A stretch of 64,000 bases of DNA, taken from Carcharhinus longimanus (lineage: Eukaryota). Shown piece by piece: positions 24,821 to 38,430 of this stretch (position 1 is its first letter; every line of letters begins with the position of its first letter). The notes below the pieces were generated by a model. It was given only the letters and a program-made list of their open reading frames with translations, searched no databases and was not told the DNA's origin. The position numbers were made by a program, and so were the translations under genes. The stretch spans positions 25,665,595 to 25,729,594 of the forward strand of contig JASCQW010000099.1 of assembly GCA_030264375.1 (NCBI GenBank), given 5' to 3'.

Positions 24821-25191
24821 ATAGAGTACATACTTTTAGGGTTAAATCAGTAAGGACTTCATTCAAAGGGTCAGTGAAATCTGAAATTCACTTTCCTCAA
24901 AAAGTTCTGTATATTCGGTTAATTTTTTTAAAGACTGAAATTTACAGAGTTCTGTTAAGTAAGAGTATTAAAGGATATGGAAGGAGGGTAAATGAAGTTG
25001 AGGTTGATTTGAATAGCATAGCAGAATTGACTCACTGGCTGAATTATCTGCTTTAAATTCCAGATGGTCTTCTCATATCTTCAACTTTACATTCTTGTCT
25101 CTGCCTATTTCATTGCTTTGTCTTCCATTTTGAAGCTATGTATAAATCATTTTTTGTTGATTGCCTTTTCATGTGCCTGATTGAGAAGTTA

Positions 25192-25464
25192 AAGTTTATT
25201 TATTAGTCACAAGTAAGGCTTATAGTGCAACGAAATTACTGTGAAATTCCCCTAGTTGCCCCAGTCAGCGTCTGTTCGGGTCAGTGTACCTAACCAGCAC
25301 GTCTTTCAGAATGTAGGAGGAAACCAGAGCACCTGGAGGAAACCCACGCAGACACGGGGAGCATGTGCAAACTCCACAGAGACGGTGACCCAAGCCGGGA
25401 ATTGATCCTGGCCTTCAGTGCTGTGAGGTAGCAGTGCTAACCACTGCGCTACCATGCCACTCCC
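25192..25464 (-). mobile_element. SINE with HE1-type head and alternative tail
   Basis: Reverse-complement homologue of 14135-14410. Confidence 0.8.
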
Positions 25465-26935
25465 AAGTAATGTATAATTTGTTGGTACACCCCTTAAGGG
25501 TTAATGTTTAGCGAGCTGGCTGGTATATTCTAGAATAATCTGTTTAACCTCTAGTTGATAATGATTAACACTGCATTTTGCATGACCATTTCCATGAAAG
25601 ATATTTTATTCTGTTTGGGATGAAATATATATTGCTGGGTTTGGTTCCTGGTAGGTAAGACACAGCAAAATACTCACACATATGAGCATCCAGATGGTTC
25701 ACCACCTTACACAGCTGCTCACAAGGGAGCCCAAACCACAAACTAGTAAGCAATTCACCTTAAAGGTCCCCAGTTATTCTGAAAAATAACATACATTCAC
25801 CAACACAAGTATTATGAAACAATCCCTAGGGATACTCAACCAACCATCCTTGCAGCTCAGTGTTTGAAAAAAGCAACAGCGTCAAGCAATAACCCACTGA
25901 TATCGTCCATTGCACACACCATCCGCCCACAAACCCCATCCCGCTGACCGCCAGGTTTTACTGAGGTTGAGGTGGAAGCCAACCTGGCTCACTGGAGAGG
26001 GCAAATATGTTAAAAAGGTTGGAAATTTCAGATTTAACCTGCTTTGTGAGTCTAATTGTGGCTGTCCTGGGACCACTGACAGTGAAGACAATTTGGGAAG
26101 AAGGAAAGTACGTTCTTGACATTGGTTCTGGTAAGGAAGAGCGAGGAGTCCTTCATTACCTTCCCATTGGTAATTGTGTCCCCATCACCAATCCTGTTGC
26201 ACCCCCCAGTTAAAACTCCAAGTGGGCAAATCCAGAATTCTGAATTTCTTGCTTGGTCCTGGTTCCACCTTCCCATTCTCCTACCCCAGCTCATGATGCA
26301 GCAACAAATTCTTCCAATAACTGTGCAGATCCATATTCAAAATAAATATTTTTGATACTTATCCTCTCCAATATGCAAGTTCCACTGTGCTTTAGTATTT
26401 TACCCATATGTAGAAGTACATAATTTCTGTCACGAGGTGGCACTGTCTGAACGCTTTTCGTATAATTTGTTTTATACTTTGTCGAGCTCTGCAGTCTTGG
26501 AGGATTTCTCATTAGTCACCGCACAGACAAATGACTGCAATAACACTAATACCAGGACAATACTCTGGTGAATTTGAAAAAGGTTAAAGAAAGAACTTGG
26601 ATTTATAAAGAGACTTTCATCACTTTGGGACGTCTTAGCTGCTTTCCAGATAATGAATTACTTTATTGAGTGCAGTTACTGTTTTAAACAGTGCATCCTC
26701 AAGGTACTTTAATACAATGAATTGTTTCCAATGAGCAAAAAGAACGGACTCTTCCTTTTATGTGCAGACCCGACAATAGCAATGAAATTAATGATGTGAC
26801 CCGTTTTGGTAGTTGGAAGGAAACTTGGCCAGGTCATCAGTTAAATTTGTCAAATTTCATTATAGGATATTTGGCATCCACTTGAATGACCAAAACAAAA
26901 CAGATGATACTAGAATGCCAGGCCAGACCATATAA

Positions 26936-27288
26936 GGGTGGCATGGTGATACAGTGGTTAGCACAGCTGCCCCACAGTGCCAGGGAACTGGGTTAAATAA
27001 CAACCTTGGGTGACTATGGAGTTTGCACATTCTCCCCATTTCTGTGTGGGTTTCCTCCCACAGTGCTCCGGTTTCCTCCCGCAGTTCAAAGATGTGCCGG
27101 TTAGGTAGATTGGCCATGCTAAATTGTCTCTTAGTGTCCAAAGATGTGTAGGTTCAATGGATTAGCCAAGCTAAATGCATGAAGTTACAGGAGGGGAGGG
27201 CTTGTGTGGAATACTCTTTCGAGAGTTGGTGCAGACCCTATGGACAGAATGAGCTCTCTCTGCACTATAGGGATTCTATTGTTCTATG
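26936..27288 (+). mobile_element. HE1-type SINE, full length
   Basis: gggtggcatggtgatacagtggttagcac head through tgcactatagggattctattgttctat tail. Confidence 0.88.
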
Positions 27289-27610
27289 TGATCAGTGACT
27301 GGAAAGGAACTTAAAAGTTGTAAATTTCTGACTTTGACAGAACTGTGTCAGTCATTGAAGCAAGAGAAGAAGAAATAGTATGAAGGAAACTGAAATATAT
27401 GAAGTAAAGGAAGCCAGTAGGTGGCTTGAGCTCCTGACAGATATCAGTTGCCACATTTCAATAATGAATCTCTTCCAAAGCTTAATTTGTGACAAAATCT
27501 CAAAAAAATTTCATCGAAGGTTCATTGGATGCTGCATACCCTTTGACAGATGTAATGTTTGCGAATGCAGCTTCCAATCAAGAGACCCCATCTCTGTTCC
27601 TCCAGAAAAA

Positions 27611-27834
27611 GATGTGGATATGCCGGCGTTGGACTGGGATAAACACAGTAAAAAGTCTGACAACACCAGGTTTAAGTCCAACCGATTTATTTGTTAGTAA
27701 ACTCACTGGCTTTCGCGGTTTCCCTCTTCAAAGGTTTCTTTCTTCTTGAAGAGGGAAACCTCGAAACTTAGTGAGTTTACTATCAAATAAATTGGCTGGA
27801 CTTAAACCTGGTGTTGTCAGACTTTTTACTGTGT
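27611..27834. mobile_element. Palindromic Penelope-like insertion with 13-bp target duplication
   Basis: 89-nt inverted arms 27643-27731 / 27746-27834; TCCTCCAGAAAAA at 27598-27610 and 27834-27846. Confidence 0.8.
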
Positions 27835-28160
27835 CCTCCAGAAAAAAATATAACTTACACATTAAGGAAATGCAAATTTCAACATTGATCTTTATTTTAG
27901 ATATTTGTAGAATTATTCCCAACTATATATATGTGGAAGAGATCTAAAATTATGGAAAATCATTCCATGGGCACACTTGTCAATTAATTGTATATTGGTC
28001 AAAGTAATATCAATTTTCAGGTTTATATCTTTATCACTCTACGTCAAGGCCTAAGTTACTTTTTTTGGATCATTCGCAGTGTATGTTGAGGGAGCTTAGC
28101 TATAATAAATATGGATTCAATAATTCATTGATTTGTCCTGTCCTTATTTTGTAACTGCAG

Positions 28161-28283
28161 GTATTTAGTACTTGAAAAGATCAAACAGCAGGATGCAGAT
28201 AGAGTGCACGTTTTCAGTTCCTTTTTTTACAAACGACTGAATCAGCGAGAACGACGGAATGTTCCAGAATCTGCCAATCTATC
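28161..28283 (+). CDS. SENP6: SENP6 exon: [41 protein letters not shown]
   Basis: ctgcag| acceptor, |gtaagc donor, 123 nt phase 2-2; [16 protein letters not shown] matches SENP6. Confidence 0.98.
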
Positions 28284-31227
28284 GTAAGCTTTCATAACTG
28301 AGAATCAAGAGTTATGTAATTTGCCTCCCTATTGAAGTGGAATACGCGAAAAGGTTTTTGCGAAGAAATCCTATATTCTCCCACGGTTTTTCTCCACCCA
28401 CCCCACTGCCACCACAGGGAAGAAAGCAAGAGCAATTGATGTTTGCGCTGGCCATCCATATCAAGGCATTAATTTGTCACTGATGTTCTTTTGAAAATAT
28501 TTTCAGCTCAATTTGAACAACTTTTGTTTTCCACTTTCTACATGGGACACATTTGGGGAAAAAAAAACAATGTAATCAGCTATGTGCTCCTTTAGTAAGG
28601 AAATATACTGGATCACTCTGCTTTAACCTTGAGTATCGCAGGTTGAAAATGTCCCTTCCTATTACACCGTCTTGTTTGAGTATAGATGCACTCAATAACT
28701 TTTGCATGTTGTTTACTTCTCTAAGAATCAATGGCAGGGGGTTTCCAGCTTGCCCACTTGCCAGACTGCATTCAGGTTAAATAACAGAACACCCCTGGCT
28801 GGCTTGTGCAGAGACGCAGTTCACATCTTAATTTGTATAATGGAGAGAGTTAATTTTTTTTGATAATTTCCCCAGAGTCTTGGGCATTAGATCCCCTCCA
28901 TAGCTTAAACGTTTTATTGGATTTTCACTGCAGTTATTAAGAGATTTTACCACAGAAATGGACAGACAGAATGGAATAAATCCATTGTGCCTATGTTGGC
29001 TGTTAGCTCGTGCGGCCCATTACTTACCACAGTGTATTTTTCTCTCTCCATTGCTGTGTATTTTACACTGCTCCAAATGTTTCTTTTTGCATAATTTTCT
29101 TTCAAAAGATACAATGCTCCCACCGCGCGCGCACGCGCACACACACAACCAGAATCTATTGTACAGGTTTCCTGACCGTCCTGTGGTTTTTTTACTACAG
29201 GCCACCTTTAATTTTTTCTAACAGTTTCCTATCCGATTAACAGCTGGCTACTTGCCAAGCAGGAAATCTTGCAGCACAAAGTCACATCAGAGCTGTGCTG
29301 AGATTGGGTAGGTCAAGGGGGGGCACATAGTAGATGTAATCACTTGGGGCCCGTTGATGGAGGTCGTGCGGAAGTGGAGAAGACCTTTACTGGGTTCCTT
29401 GCTCATTGTTAAAGAGACTCATGGTCCCTACTCATGCTGTCTGACAAGAGAAAATACTTTTGCTTATGAAAATCTTATATACCTTTTAAAATCAAGTATA
29501 TGTGGCCTTCCCTGTTCCAGCATGAACCTCAAGTGTGGTTTCTGACTCTAGCATCAAGCTGAAGCTTTATGGTCTCTTTTGTTTTTATGCTTGTTTTCCT
29601 AAGTGGATGTCTGAAACTAGAGCTAATATTTTACAGTAAGTTAACCAATGATGTCCCTACACTTAATGCTGCTATTTATAAAACTCAAAATGCTGTTTGA
29701 TGTTTTGTAGGTTTCTCTGCCTGTACACTCATTTTCAGGGAATCATGTACTTGAATCCCCAGATGTCCATTAATTCAATCTCTTTGGTGATTTTCCATGG
29801 AGCTTCCTGATTTCCTCAAAACTGTATTGGATCGCACTTATCCACATCAAATGATATGATCCACCTGTTCTCTCAGTTCACTGATCTATGCTATTCATGT
29901 TGTTATGTTTTGTTTTGCAGTATGTGTCTGAACTTTTACTACAAATCGCCTATAGTGCATCTTTTCAAATGTCCATGTGTTGCATCTACACATCTACGTG
30001 TTTTGTTTTAATCTATCTTTACTTTTTCAAAGTAAAGTCATTAACTTGAACAAACGTGGCTTGCCTCTACTGAACCTGTTCTATCTGTTCTGGATGATTA
30101 ACTCACATTTCTAATGTAACTTGAATTATGAATTTCATGAATTTTCTCGCAGCTGTCCTGAAATGATCTGTAATTAGTTGGTATTATCCTTCCCTCCGTT
30201 CTTGGATAATTTATTCCGAGTTACCTTTAGTTATCTGGCACAGTTACTTGTCTAAGATGAATTGAAACATTGCGATCAGAGCCTTAGCTGTCACCTTCCT
30301 AATTTGACTAAATGGTTCGATGTGCAAGTCAACAGGGCCCAGAAACCTATCCCGTGGCACTTTGTAAATCCTTTTCTATAGCTAAAATAACATTCAGGAG
30401 AATGTTCCGTGAATTGGAAATGACCCAAGTGTTTCTGTGTAAGTGTATTCAAATGCTTTATTCGATTTTGATCAAACTTGGAGATGGATTTTTGTCTATT
30501 TAGCTTTCGTAACATACTTCCTTTTACATCTGTGCTNNNNNNNNNNNNTTCCAATGTCCATGCTGACATGCTTCAACATATTCAAAATGCAGATGCCTGT
30601 CTCCTGTTCTACAACATGTCTATCTCACCTTTTAACACCTTACCCCCTGCTCTCTTTGCTTTGACCTTTTTTAATCTCAAAGTAAAACTCGTTAAATTTT
30701 ACAAACCAGGCTTATTTCTAATAAATCTGTTCTGACTATTCTTGATGATTATCACACATTTCTAAATGCTAATTTAACTTGGAGTATGGATTCTATGTAG
30801 AAATACACTGGCTCCCTGAATTTCCTAGTGTGTGTGCTTTAAAATCTTTCTTATTTAACCCCTCGTTCTTCTCTAACTTCGCAACCTCTTCCAGCTTTGA
30901 ATCCCCTCAAGCATTTTCTGCATCTTTCTCCTATTGTATCCTGCCGTCATTTGCAGAAATTCAGGATATCTCGGGTCTACTCTCTGAAATGCCTTAAGAA
31001 GTTCCTTGGGGTGTTTAAAATGTTAAGGTGCCATGTAAATATTGTCACAAAACTAAGGGTTCTCAAGCATTTGTAACACTGCCCAAAATTAGACTTCTAA
31101 TGAAAATTGAAAGCTATGTTAATTGATTAAATTTATCAAGTATAACATGAATCAGTTTTAGTTATGTACTTCTCTGTTATATGTACATATGCGTTATAGT
31201 CTCAATAAGCCTTCTGATACCATTTAG

Positions 31228-31320
31228 GTTACCACAAAGACGTCATGCCAGGGTGAAAACATGGACAAGACATGTGGATCTCTTTCAAAAGGATTTTGTT
31301 TTTGTTCCTATTAATGAAAC
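31228..31320 (+). CDS. SENP6: SENP6 exon: [31 protein letters not shown]
   Basis: tttag| acceptor, |gtaagt donor, 93 nt phase 2-2; [19 protein letters not shown] motif. Confidence 0.98.
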
Positions 31321-32769
31321 GTAAGTATTATAGCATCCTGGGTTTATTTACACAGGGACGCTGTCAATATTAGTTTTGGAAACTATTCAAGTGCTGAGAT
31401 GTGATGCCCTCTCCCTTTGTAGTATTTGAACATCCAGGGAGTTTTATATTAAACAAGACTTGAAATGGGACTGTAAATTAAACAGAATGTTGCTCTGATT
31501 ATTGGTGTTGCTGGAGGTGTAACAATTGTGGGGCAACAGAATAATGCAAAGTAGAAAATAAATATTTGAATTGTCACCTGAAGTCTTCCAAATAATATTA
31601 GAATTCTCTGTGCTAAAATTATTTACAACAATAACAGCAAGTTGCATTTGCATATAATATTTAATGTAGTAAAATATCCCAACCTCACAGGAGCTTAATT
31701 GGGTTAAGATTAACACTGAGCCAAAGAAGGAGACATTAGGGTAGGTGACCAAAAGTTTGACCCAACTTTTTAAAGGTCTTAAAGGAGAGAAATGGGATTT
31801 TGGGAAGGAATCCAGAACTTGGGGTGCCACGATGACTGCGTTCCATATTTGTGAACAAGTAGAATTGAAATAAGATTTCGCAGTAAAGATTTAATTAAAT
31901 TTGACTCATTTGTTATCCAACAAAGGCATTTTCCTTAATTTGAGAACATTTCTCTCGATTTTCCATGCCAAATTCCTCACTTTTTTGCATAACTCCAATT
32001 TAAAAGAAGCCATTTAATTAGTTTCATTCCCTGTTCCCACAACTCTACACCTTTCCTTCTCAAGTATTTATCCAATTCCCCTTTTTAAAGTTATAGTTGA
32101 ATGTGTTTCCAGTGCTCTTTTGAGCAGTACTGTCTGGATCACAACTTATTCTTTACTTCCTCCTTGATATTTTGCCAGTTATCTTAAATCAGTGCCCTCT
32201 AGTTACTACCCCAGTCAACCACCCCCAACTGTAATGGTAAGTCACTCCTTATTTATTCTGGCCACCTCTATCAAATCCACTCCTAGCCCACTCTGCTCAA
32301 AGAACAATCCTAGTATTTCTAATCCTTCGTCCCTGACACCATTCTAATAAATCTCCTCTCCAGTTTTTTGACATTTACAGAAAATTCTGAAGGATCTTAA
32401 GGCCACCAAAATAGGGAAGACTCAATTGAATTGCAAAGTGGTTTTGAAGGAATGGTGGGTCAGGGAATGTGGGGTCATCAGGTTAAAACTGGGAATAAGG
32501 AGCAAGGTTTAGAGGCAGCACATGGCCAAACCAGGGACAATTAAACCTTTGTGTTGAGACCACTTGAGTTCTCTTAGTATAAGACAATTCAGATCAACTA
32601 ATGTACAAACCTGGAATTGGACCTGGATTTTATGGTCAGTTACTTGATGAACTTAGTGAGCCATCTGGAGTCCCACCAGTTCACCCTTCTATAACTGAGA
32701 AGTTTTCAAAGTTTTTATTCTGTGATAATTGATCTAACCCAGAAAACCAGATTGAAGTTATTTTTAATA

Positions 32770-33170
32770 TACATTCATAGGATATGGGTGTCACTGGCTA
32801 GGCCAGCATTTATTGCCCACCTTTAAGTGCTCTTGAAAAGATGGTGCTGAGTGTGTTCTTGAACTGCTGCAGTCCATGTATTGTAGGTATACCCACCATG
32901 CTGTTCAGAAGGGAGTTCCAGGATTTTTACCTCGCAATAATGAAGGAATGGTGGTAGCGCTCCAAGTTGATGGTATGTGACTTAGAAGGAAAATTGCAAG
33001 TGTTGTTTTTCCCAGGCACCTGCTACCTTTGTCCTTCTAAGTGGTAGAGGGTTTGGAAGGTGCTGTCGAAGGAGCCTTGGTCAGTTCCTGCACTGCATCT
33101 TGTTGATGTAACACACTATTGCCATTGTTCGCTGGTGTTGGTGGGAGTGAATGTTGAAGGTGGTGTTTGG
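32770..33170 (-). mobile_element. 3' end of CR1-group LINE sharing its tail with the SacSINE1-like SINE
   Basis: tgggtgtcactggctaggccagcatttattgccc matches the tail at 22571; a similar fragment lies at ~16545-16720. Confidence 0.65.
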
Positions 33171-33244
33171 AGTGATTTCCAAAGAAAGATTTATTATTTA
33201 GCAAACATCAAAGATGCTAATATAAAATCTTTTCTTTTCTAAAG

Positions 33245-33621
33245 GGCCCATTGGTTTTTGGCTGTTATTTGTTTTCCTGGCCTTTGCACTGAACAAAATT
33301 TCAAGTCACAGGAAAATGAAGGAATGCTGTTCAATAGCTCCACACCAGAGGAAAGCAACAGTAACTGGCCATCGTTGCAAGGGGAGACTGATGGTTTAGC
33401 TGACAACTCAACTTCCACAAATGTGCTAAGAAAAACTCCTGACACCATCGAGAAGATGTCTGAACTCAGTGTTGGTAGTAACTGTGAATGTGTGGAATTT
33501 GATAAACTCCATACAAGAAGATGCTTATTAACAAATAAATTCCTCAGTAATGTTAATCAGATGGACACTGAATTTGAAGATGACCAAAACTCAAACACAA
33601 GAGCAGAAAATGTTGCAGAAG
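33245..33621 (+). CDS. SENP6: SENP6 exon with catalytic His (codon 33249-33251): AHWFLAVICFPGL plus start of long insertion loop
   Basis: ttttcttttctaaag| acceptor, g|gtaaac donor, 377 nt open frame phase 2-1; HWFLAV.CFPGL motif. Confidence 0.93.
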
Positions 33622-34477
33622 GTAAACAGCTAGGTACCTGGTTTATTTTTAATTTCAGAACTAAGCTAACAGGAACAGCTCTTCAATTTTATGTGAGCTT
33701 GTCACTTATAAATGTTTTCTTGAGGTGGAAAAAATCCTGTACATGAAGAAGCTGAAATGATCAAGTTAAGTAAACTTTACACTTCTTTTAAAGGAGTAAT
33801 TGTACCCAAACTGCCATTTCAGAGTATGTTTGAAAGTTAATTTCACAACTAAATGATGAGAACTTTGCACTCACTACTTTTCCTACTTCAGTGGTTTCAT
33901 TAGTAATGCATGGTTCTGATATTGCTACATTTTACTTTCAGTAATACACTTGTATACAGAAATCCATTGGTTTTCAGTGTTTCATAAAACTTAAAATAGA
34001 TATTGAGAATAATGGATCTGAAATGACAACAAAAGCTAAGTCTGGGAAAGTAAAATTCATGGAGATGGAAATGTGATTTCCACTGAGTTGTGCAGCGTTT
34101 CCCCACTGTAGACTTTTAGTTCTCCCATCATGTTGGAACTTTGCAAATCATTTTGCAACATTGTTCCATGTGAAGGTTTTTACTGATCTTGACTCATGAG
34201 AATTATGACATTTTTCATGTGAAATGTATAAGGAAAGTGAAATATGGTGTGCCATCTAACTGGGTTATGGTTTTTTTCAACATGAACATCCTTGGATACT
34301 TTGCAAATCAAGGATTCATGTATGGTACACATCATCACTAGCTGTTGATCTCAGCATTACTGTACAGACAGCTGCTGTTCTGCTTATAGATACTAATTGT
34401 AGAACTAATTTTCTTACTGAATCAATGCAGATTTTGCTGACTCAGGTCCTCTGCCATCTCCAGACTCCTTACCATTG

Positions 34478-34778
34478 TAGAATCTTTACAGTGCAGAAGG
34501 AGGCCATTCAGCCCATTGAGCCTACACTGGCAACAATCCTACTGAGGCCCTATCTCTGTAACTCCACATATTTACCCTGCAAGTCCCACTAACACTAAGG
34601 GCAATTTAGCATGGCCAATCGACCTAACTTTCATACCTTTGGAGTGTGGGAGGAAACCAGAGCACCTGGAGGAGACGAGGGGAGTTGTTGCAAATTCCAC
34701 AGAGACATTGATTCCACACAGACAGTGAACCCGAGTCTCTGATGCTGTGAAGCACAGCACTAACTACTGTGCCACCAT
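34478..34778 (-). mobile_element. HE1-type SINE
   Basis: Shared core and tail; ends actgtgccaccat. Confidence 0.85.
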
Positions 34779-35259
34779 CTTGCTTTCTCTCAGCTTCTCT
34801 TCCAATTTCCCTGTTGTAACTGAAAGTGCTGTATCTTTTGTGGAAGGCTTTCTGTTTCCCAAAAGAAATTTCATTTTGTTTCCCCTCCCATGTTGTCACT
34901 GAATGTTCCACACAGCTTTTGTTTCAAAAGCTACATATTTTGAAATATTAAAATTGTGAAAATTAGGTGATAAGATTCAGAGTTAGACTCTTCCTGATTT
35001 TACAAATCAACTTTTATTACAGCAGTAGTAAATTTTATCCCACAACAGCTAATTTGACATGTTTAAGCATAGGTGTCTTTATCGTTGGCAGTGCTGTGCA
35101 CAGTGTTTGATCTTGAAGAAATTACAAAAGAACGCACTGCGTGTGCACTCAGCTGGGGTCACTGTGACCTAAAAAGAACATATAGCCCACAGCACAAACC
35201 TGAGTCTGTTCATACCCCATGATACTGAAGTTACCTGCTAATCGAACATAGTGCGCACT

Positions 35260-37150
35260 TGTTAGAATACAAGACATTTACATCAACTAAGTGGAAAAAC
35301 CATGCTTTAGAACATTTTGACTTGATGTGGCAGGTAACAAACTAAAGGATTTATTGATTGGGAAGAACTATCTACATTAAAGGATTTAACAGCAAAACTA
35401 GATAGGTCTACTCCTAACAACACTCTCACTCCAACTGCAGCCTCCAGACCTGGGGATGCACGTCCTTGCTCCTGATAGCCCGGGTTCACAATTTTGCATT
35501 CCATTTGTTCCAGTCAGTCATGTGACTTGCAAAGGATTGCCCATTAATGTGCCATACTACCACACTCCTTCCTCTCCCTAACTCCTGGACGACTAGTGAT
35601 AAAGCAAAGAAAAACAATTAACCCCTAGTCAGGCAAATGACAATGTTGCAGCAAGGAAAAATAGTTTGTAACATCAGCCGATTGGAAACTCCTGGACCCT
35701 TGCGGGATGCAGCAACTCTGTCAAGGGTTCTTCATTAATGAAATGGATATGCTAACTCACTCAGAAGCCTGGCCTTTGCCACCCCATTCCTCTGCCTCAG
35801 CTACCTAGGACAGAGCTGGTCTTGGCCCGACCACAGTCATTGGAATCTCAGAGGCTAGTAAACACAAACTGGATATGGGGCCCACTTGCTTGTGTCCTGG
35901 ACCTGGCTCTATTGCCTGGGACATGTTTCTTTACTCAGCATCCTGTGCGTCCACATGTGAGACCAGCCCATCATCTCCGCAACTCTTCCTGATACCCAGG
36001 CAGGTCCGCCACCAAAATTTCTTGCCAAAATGAGGTTGGCCAAATTAAATGATCTGTCCCTTTTTGAGTGTTATGATATTCTTTGAGGGGCTTACCTCGC
36101 CTCCGTCCTTCCCAACCCATTATCCGTTCTGCTGGTGAGACCCTAGTGATGGTGTGATGCTTAAAGTTGTAGGACAGCAAAAAATCTTACCAATTGGAAT
36201 GGCAGCAGCCTGTGAGCCTGCTTCTTCATCAAAGTATTAAATGTCTGCAAAGTTCATTCCATCAACCCTTGGACACTTTAGGAACCTTCAAACGGTTATT
36301 GGATAGGCGTATGGAACACTAGAATAATAGGGAGTGGGATAGCTTGATCTTGGGTTTGGATATAGCTCAGCACAACATTGAGGGCTGAAGGCCCTGTACT
36401 GTGCTGTACTGTTCTATGTTCTATGTTCTAACTCATTCAAGGCAGATTGGTAAGGGTCAGACCTGATATGACAGGTATGATTAGACTTCGTCAGTTGTGA
36501 ATGCTATTTTGTTGTCTGATGCCAACTCTTTGGGAAGACCATGGTTCACGAACATCTACCTCAGTTTATCAATAGTAGCCATAACTGTGGTGGATATCAT
36601 AAGCTGGAATTCCAGCCAATTGAAATGAGCATCTACTAGGATCGGTAACATATGCCCCAGAAAAGGCCTGGCAAATTCTACATGATGCTGCAACCACAGA
36701 TGGCTTGGCTGCCCCTAAGCGTGCATGTTCACTGGTGGAGATGATATTTACTGGGTCTGATAGCTTTCACACTGCCCAACCATTTGTTCAATTTCTCTTG
36801 TCAATGCCGGACTACCAGATGTAACTTCTGGCCATCACTTTCATTCTGCTCTGACCTGGACGGGCATTCATGTAACTCTCGGAGCAGTAGCCATTGCTCT
36901 GGGGCTAGTATGATGACGGGGGCCCCTGACAGTAGCATCTCATCTTTGCTGGTTATCTCATCCCTACTTTGCAAATACAACTTCATTTGCTCTGCCTTGT
37001 CAAAGTGCCATTTTCTTGACTTTTGAAAGCAACGGGCCCCTATCTGTCTACAACGTAATGTGAACTGCTGAGACAGGCAGGATATCAAAAAAATGCAGAT
37101 CCAATGCTGTATCCTGTGGAACAGGTGGCAGCAGTATGGTCCGTGGCAGT
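35260..37150 (-). mobile_element. Decayed LTR-retroelement remnant (LTR-like ~35260-35564 plus purine tract and putative internal sequence)
   Basis: On the minus strand a polypurine tract (35565-35580) abuts TGTGGTAG; 35320-35564 is homologous to ~40900-41144. Extent of internal region is uncertain. Confidence 0.5.
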
Positions 37151-37292
37151 GGCAGGTGGCTTAGTGCATCTGTATTTGATGTATACTAATAGATATACAT
37201 AGAAGCATACATAGAAAATATAAGCAGAAGTAGGCCATTCAGCCCTTCAAGCCTACGCCACTATTCGTTATGATCTGAAACAGTCCATGTTC

Positions 37293-37492
37293 AAATGCAA
37301 CAAGATTTGGACAGTATCCAGGCTTGGGCTGACAAGTGGCAAGTAACATTCGCGCCACATAAATGCCAGGCAATGACTATCACCAATAAGAGACACTCTA
37401 ACCAGTGGCCCTTGACATTCAATGATGTTACCATCACTGAATCCCCCACTGTCAACATCCTTGGGGTTACCATTGACCAGAAACTCAACTGG
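37293..37492 (+). mobile_element. CR1-group LINE RT fragment, cut by N-gap
   Basis: MQQDLDSIQAWADKWQVTFAPHKCQAMTI...NILGVTIDQKLNW; a related fragment lies at ~40565-40838. Confidence 0.9.
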
Positions 37493-38060
37493 NNNNNNNN
37501 NNNNNNNNNNNNNNNNNNNNNNNNNNNNNNNNNNNNNNNNNNNNNNNNNNNNNNNNNNNNNNNNNNNNNNNNNNNNNNNNNNNNNNNNNNNNCTATTCTC
37601 CTTTCAGTTTTGTCTTCTGCAGTGCAGAGAAAACAGCTCTTCAATAAAACCTGTTGTGCCATCACTTGAATCAATGCGTGTCAACCTTTCGCTCTGTTAA
37701 AATCCACAACCTCTCACACAGTTAGGACATTACTTCTTGTTAAAACATGGAAACAGTACAATAACTAACCATGATCTGTCACAAACACACATTGTTTTAC
37801 CTCAACTTAATTTGAGTTTTTACATTTCAAAAAACAAATGGGTTAAATTCTGGAAGCCCTAATTGATAGCCATGTTTTATTGATTGATGGTAATTAGGAT
37901 GTTTTTATTTATATATAGCTATGAGGCAAATACTTTCCTCCGAATCAATTGGAAAGACCAAATTCAATGTTTATAAAGATAGTCAGTGCTGCCAGTCATA
38001 TGACACTATCACCCCATTTTGTCAGGTGGAATGCTCCACTACTCATTTGTCTCAAAGTTA

Positions 38061-38430
38061 AGGCAGTGGTGTTTTCACTTGACTTGTAATCCAGAGACCC
38101 AGTGTAATGTTCTGAGGACTCTGGTTCAAATCCCACCATGGCAGATGGTAGAATTTGAATTTAATAAAAAGATTCTGAAATGAACACAGTCTAATGGTGA
38201 CCATAAAACCATTGTTGATTTTTTTTTATGGCAATCTTGTTTACTAATGTCCTTTAGGGAAGGAAATCTGCTGTCCTTACCTGGTCTGGCTTACATGTGA
38301 CTCTAGACCCATTGCAAAGTGGTTGATTCTTAAATGGCCTAGCAGGTCACTCAGTTCAAGAGCACACAGGAATGGGCAACAAATACTGACCCAGTCAGCA
38401 GCATCCACACCCCATAAATTAATTAAAAAT
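38061..38430 (+). mobile_element. SacSINE1/DeuSINE-like element
   Basis: B-box-like ggttcaaatccc, Deu-like cctttagggaaggaaatctgc, A-rich end. Confidence 0.75.

Noticed and set aside
25480-26350. Possible LTR/gag remnant
   Set aside because: Composition looks repeat-like, but I could not fix termini, a target duplication or protein motifs.
29960-30830. Apparent tandem duplication (~30030-30170 vs ~30675-30820)
   Set aside because: Both look like old CR1 RT-region fragments of low identity separated by a small gap; ordinary repeat debris.
33853-33919. Possible C/D snoRNA: ATGATGA...ATGCATGGTT-CTGA with 10-nt complementarity to 18S AGCCAUGCAU
   Set aside because: Weak terminal stem, no C'/D' boxes, the guide includes a G-U pair and a palindrome, I know of no methylation at that site, and it lies far from the 3' splice site. 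snoscan plus conservation would be needed to rescue it.
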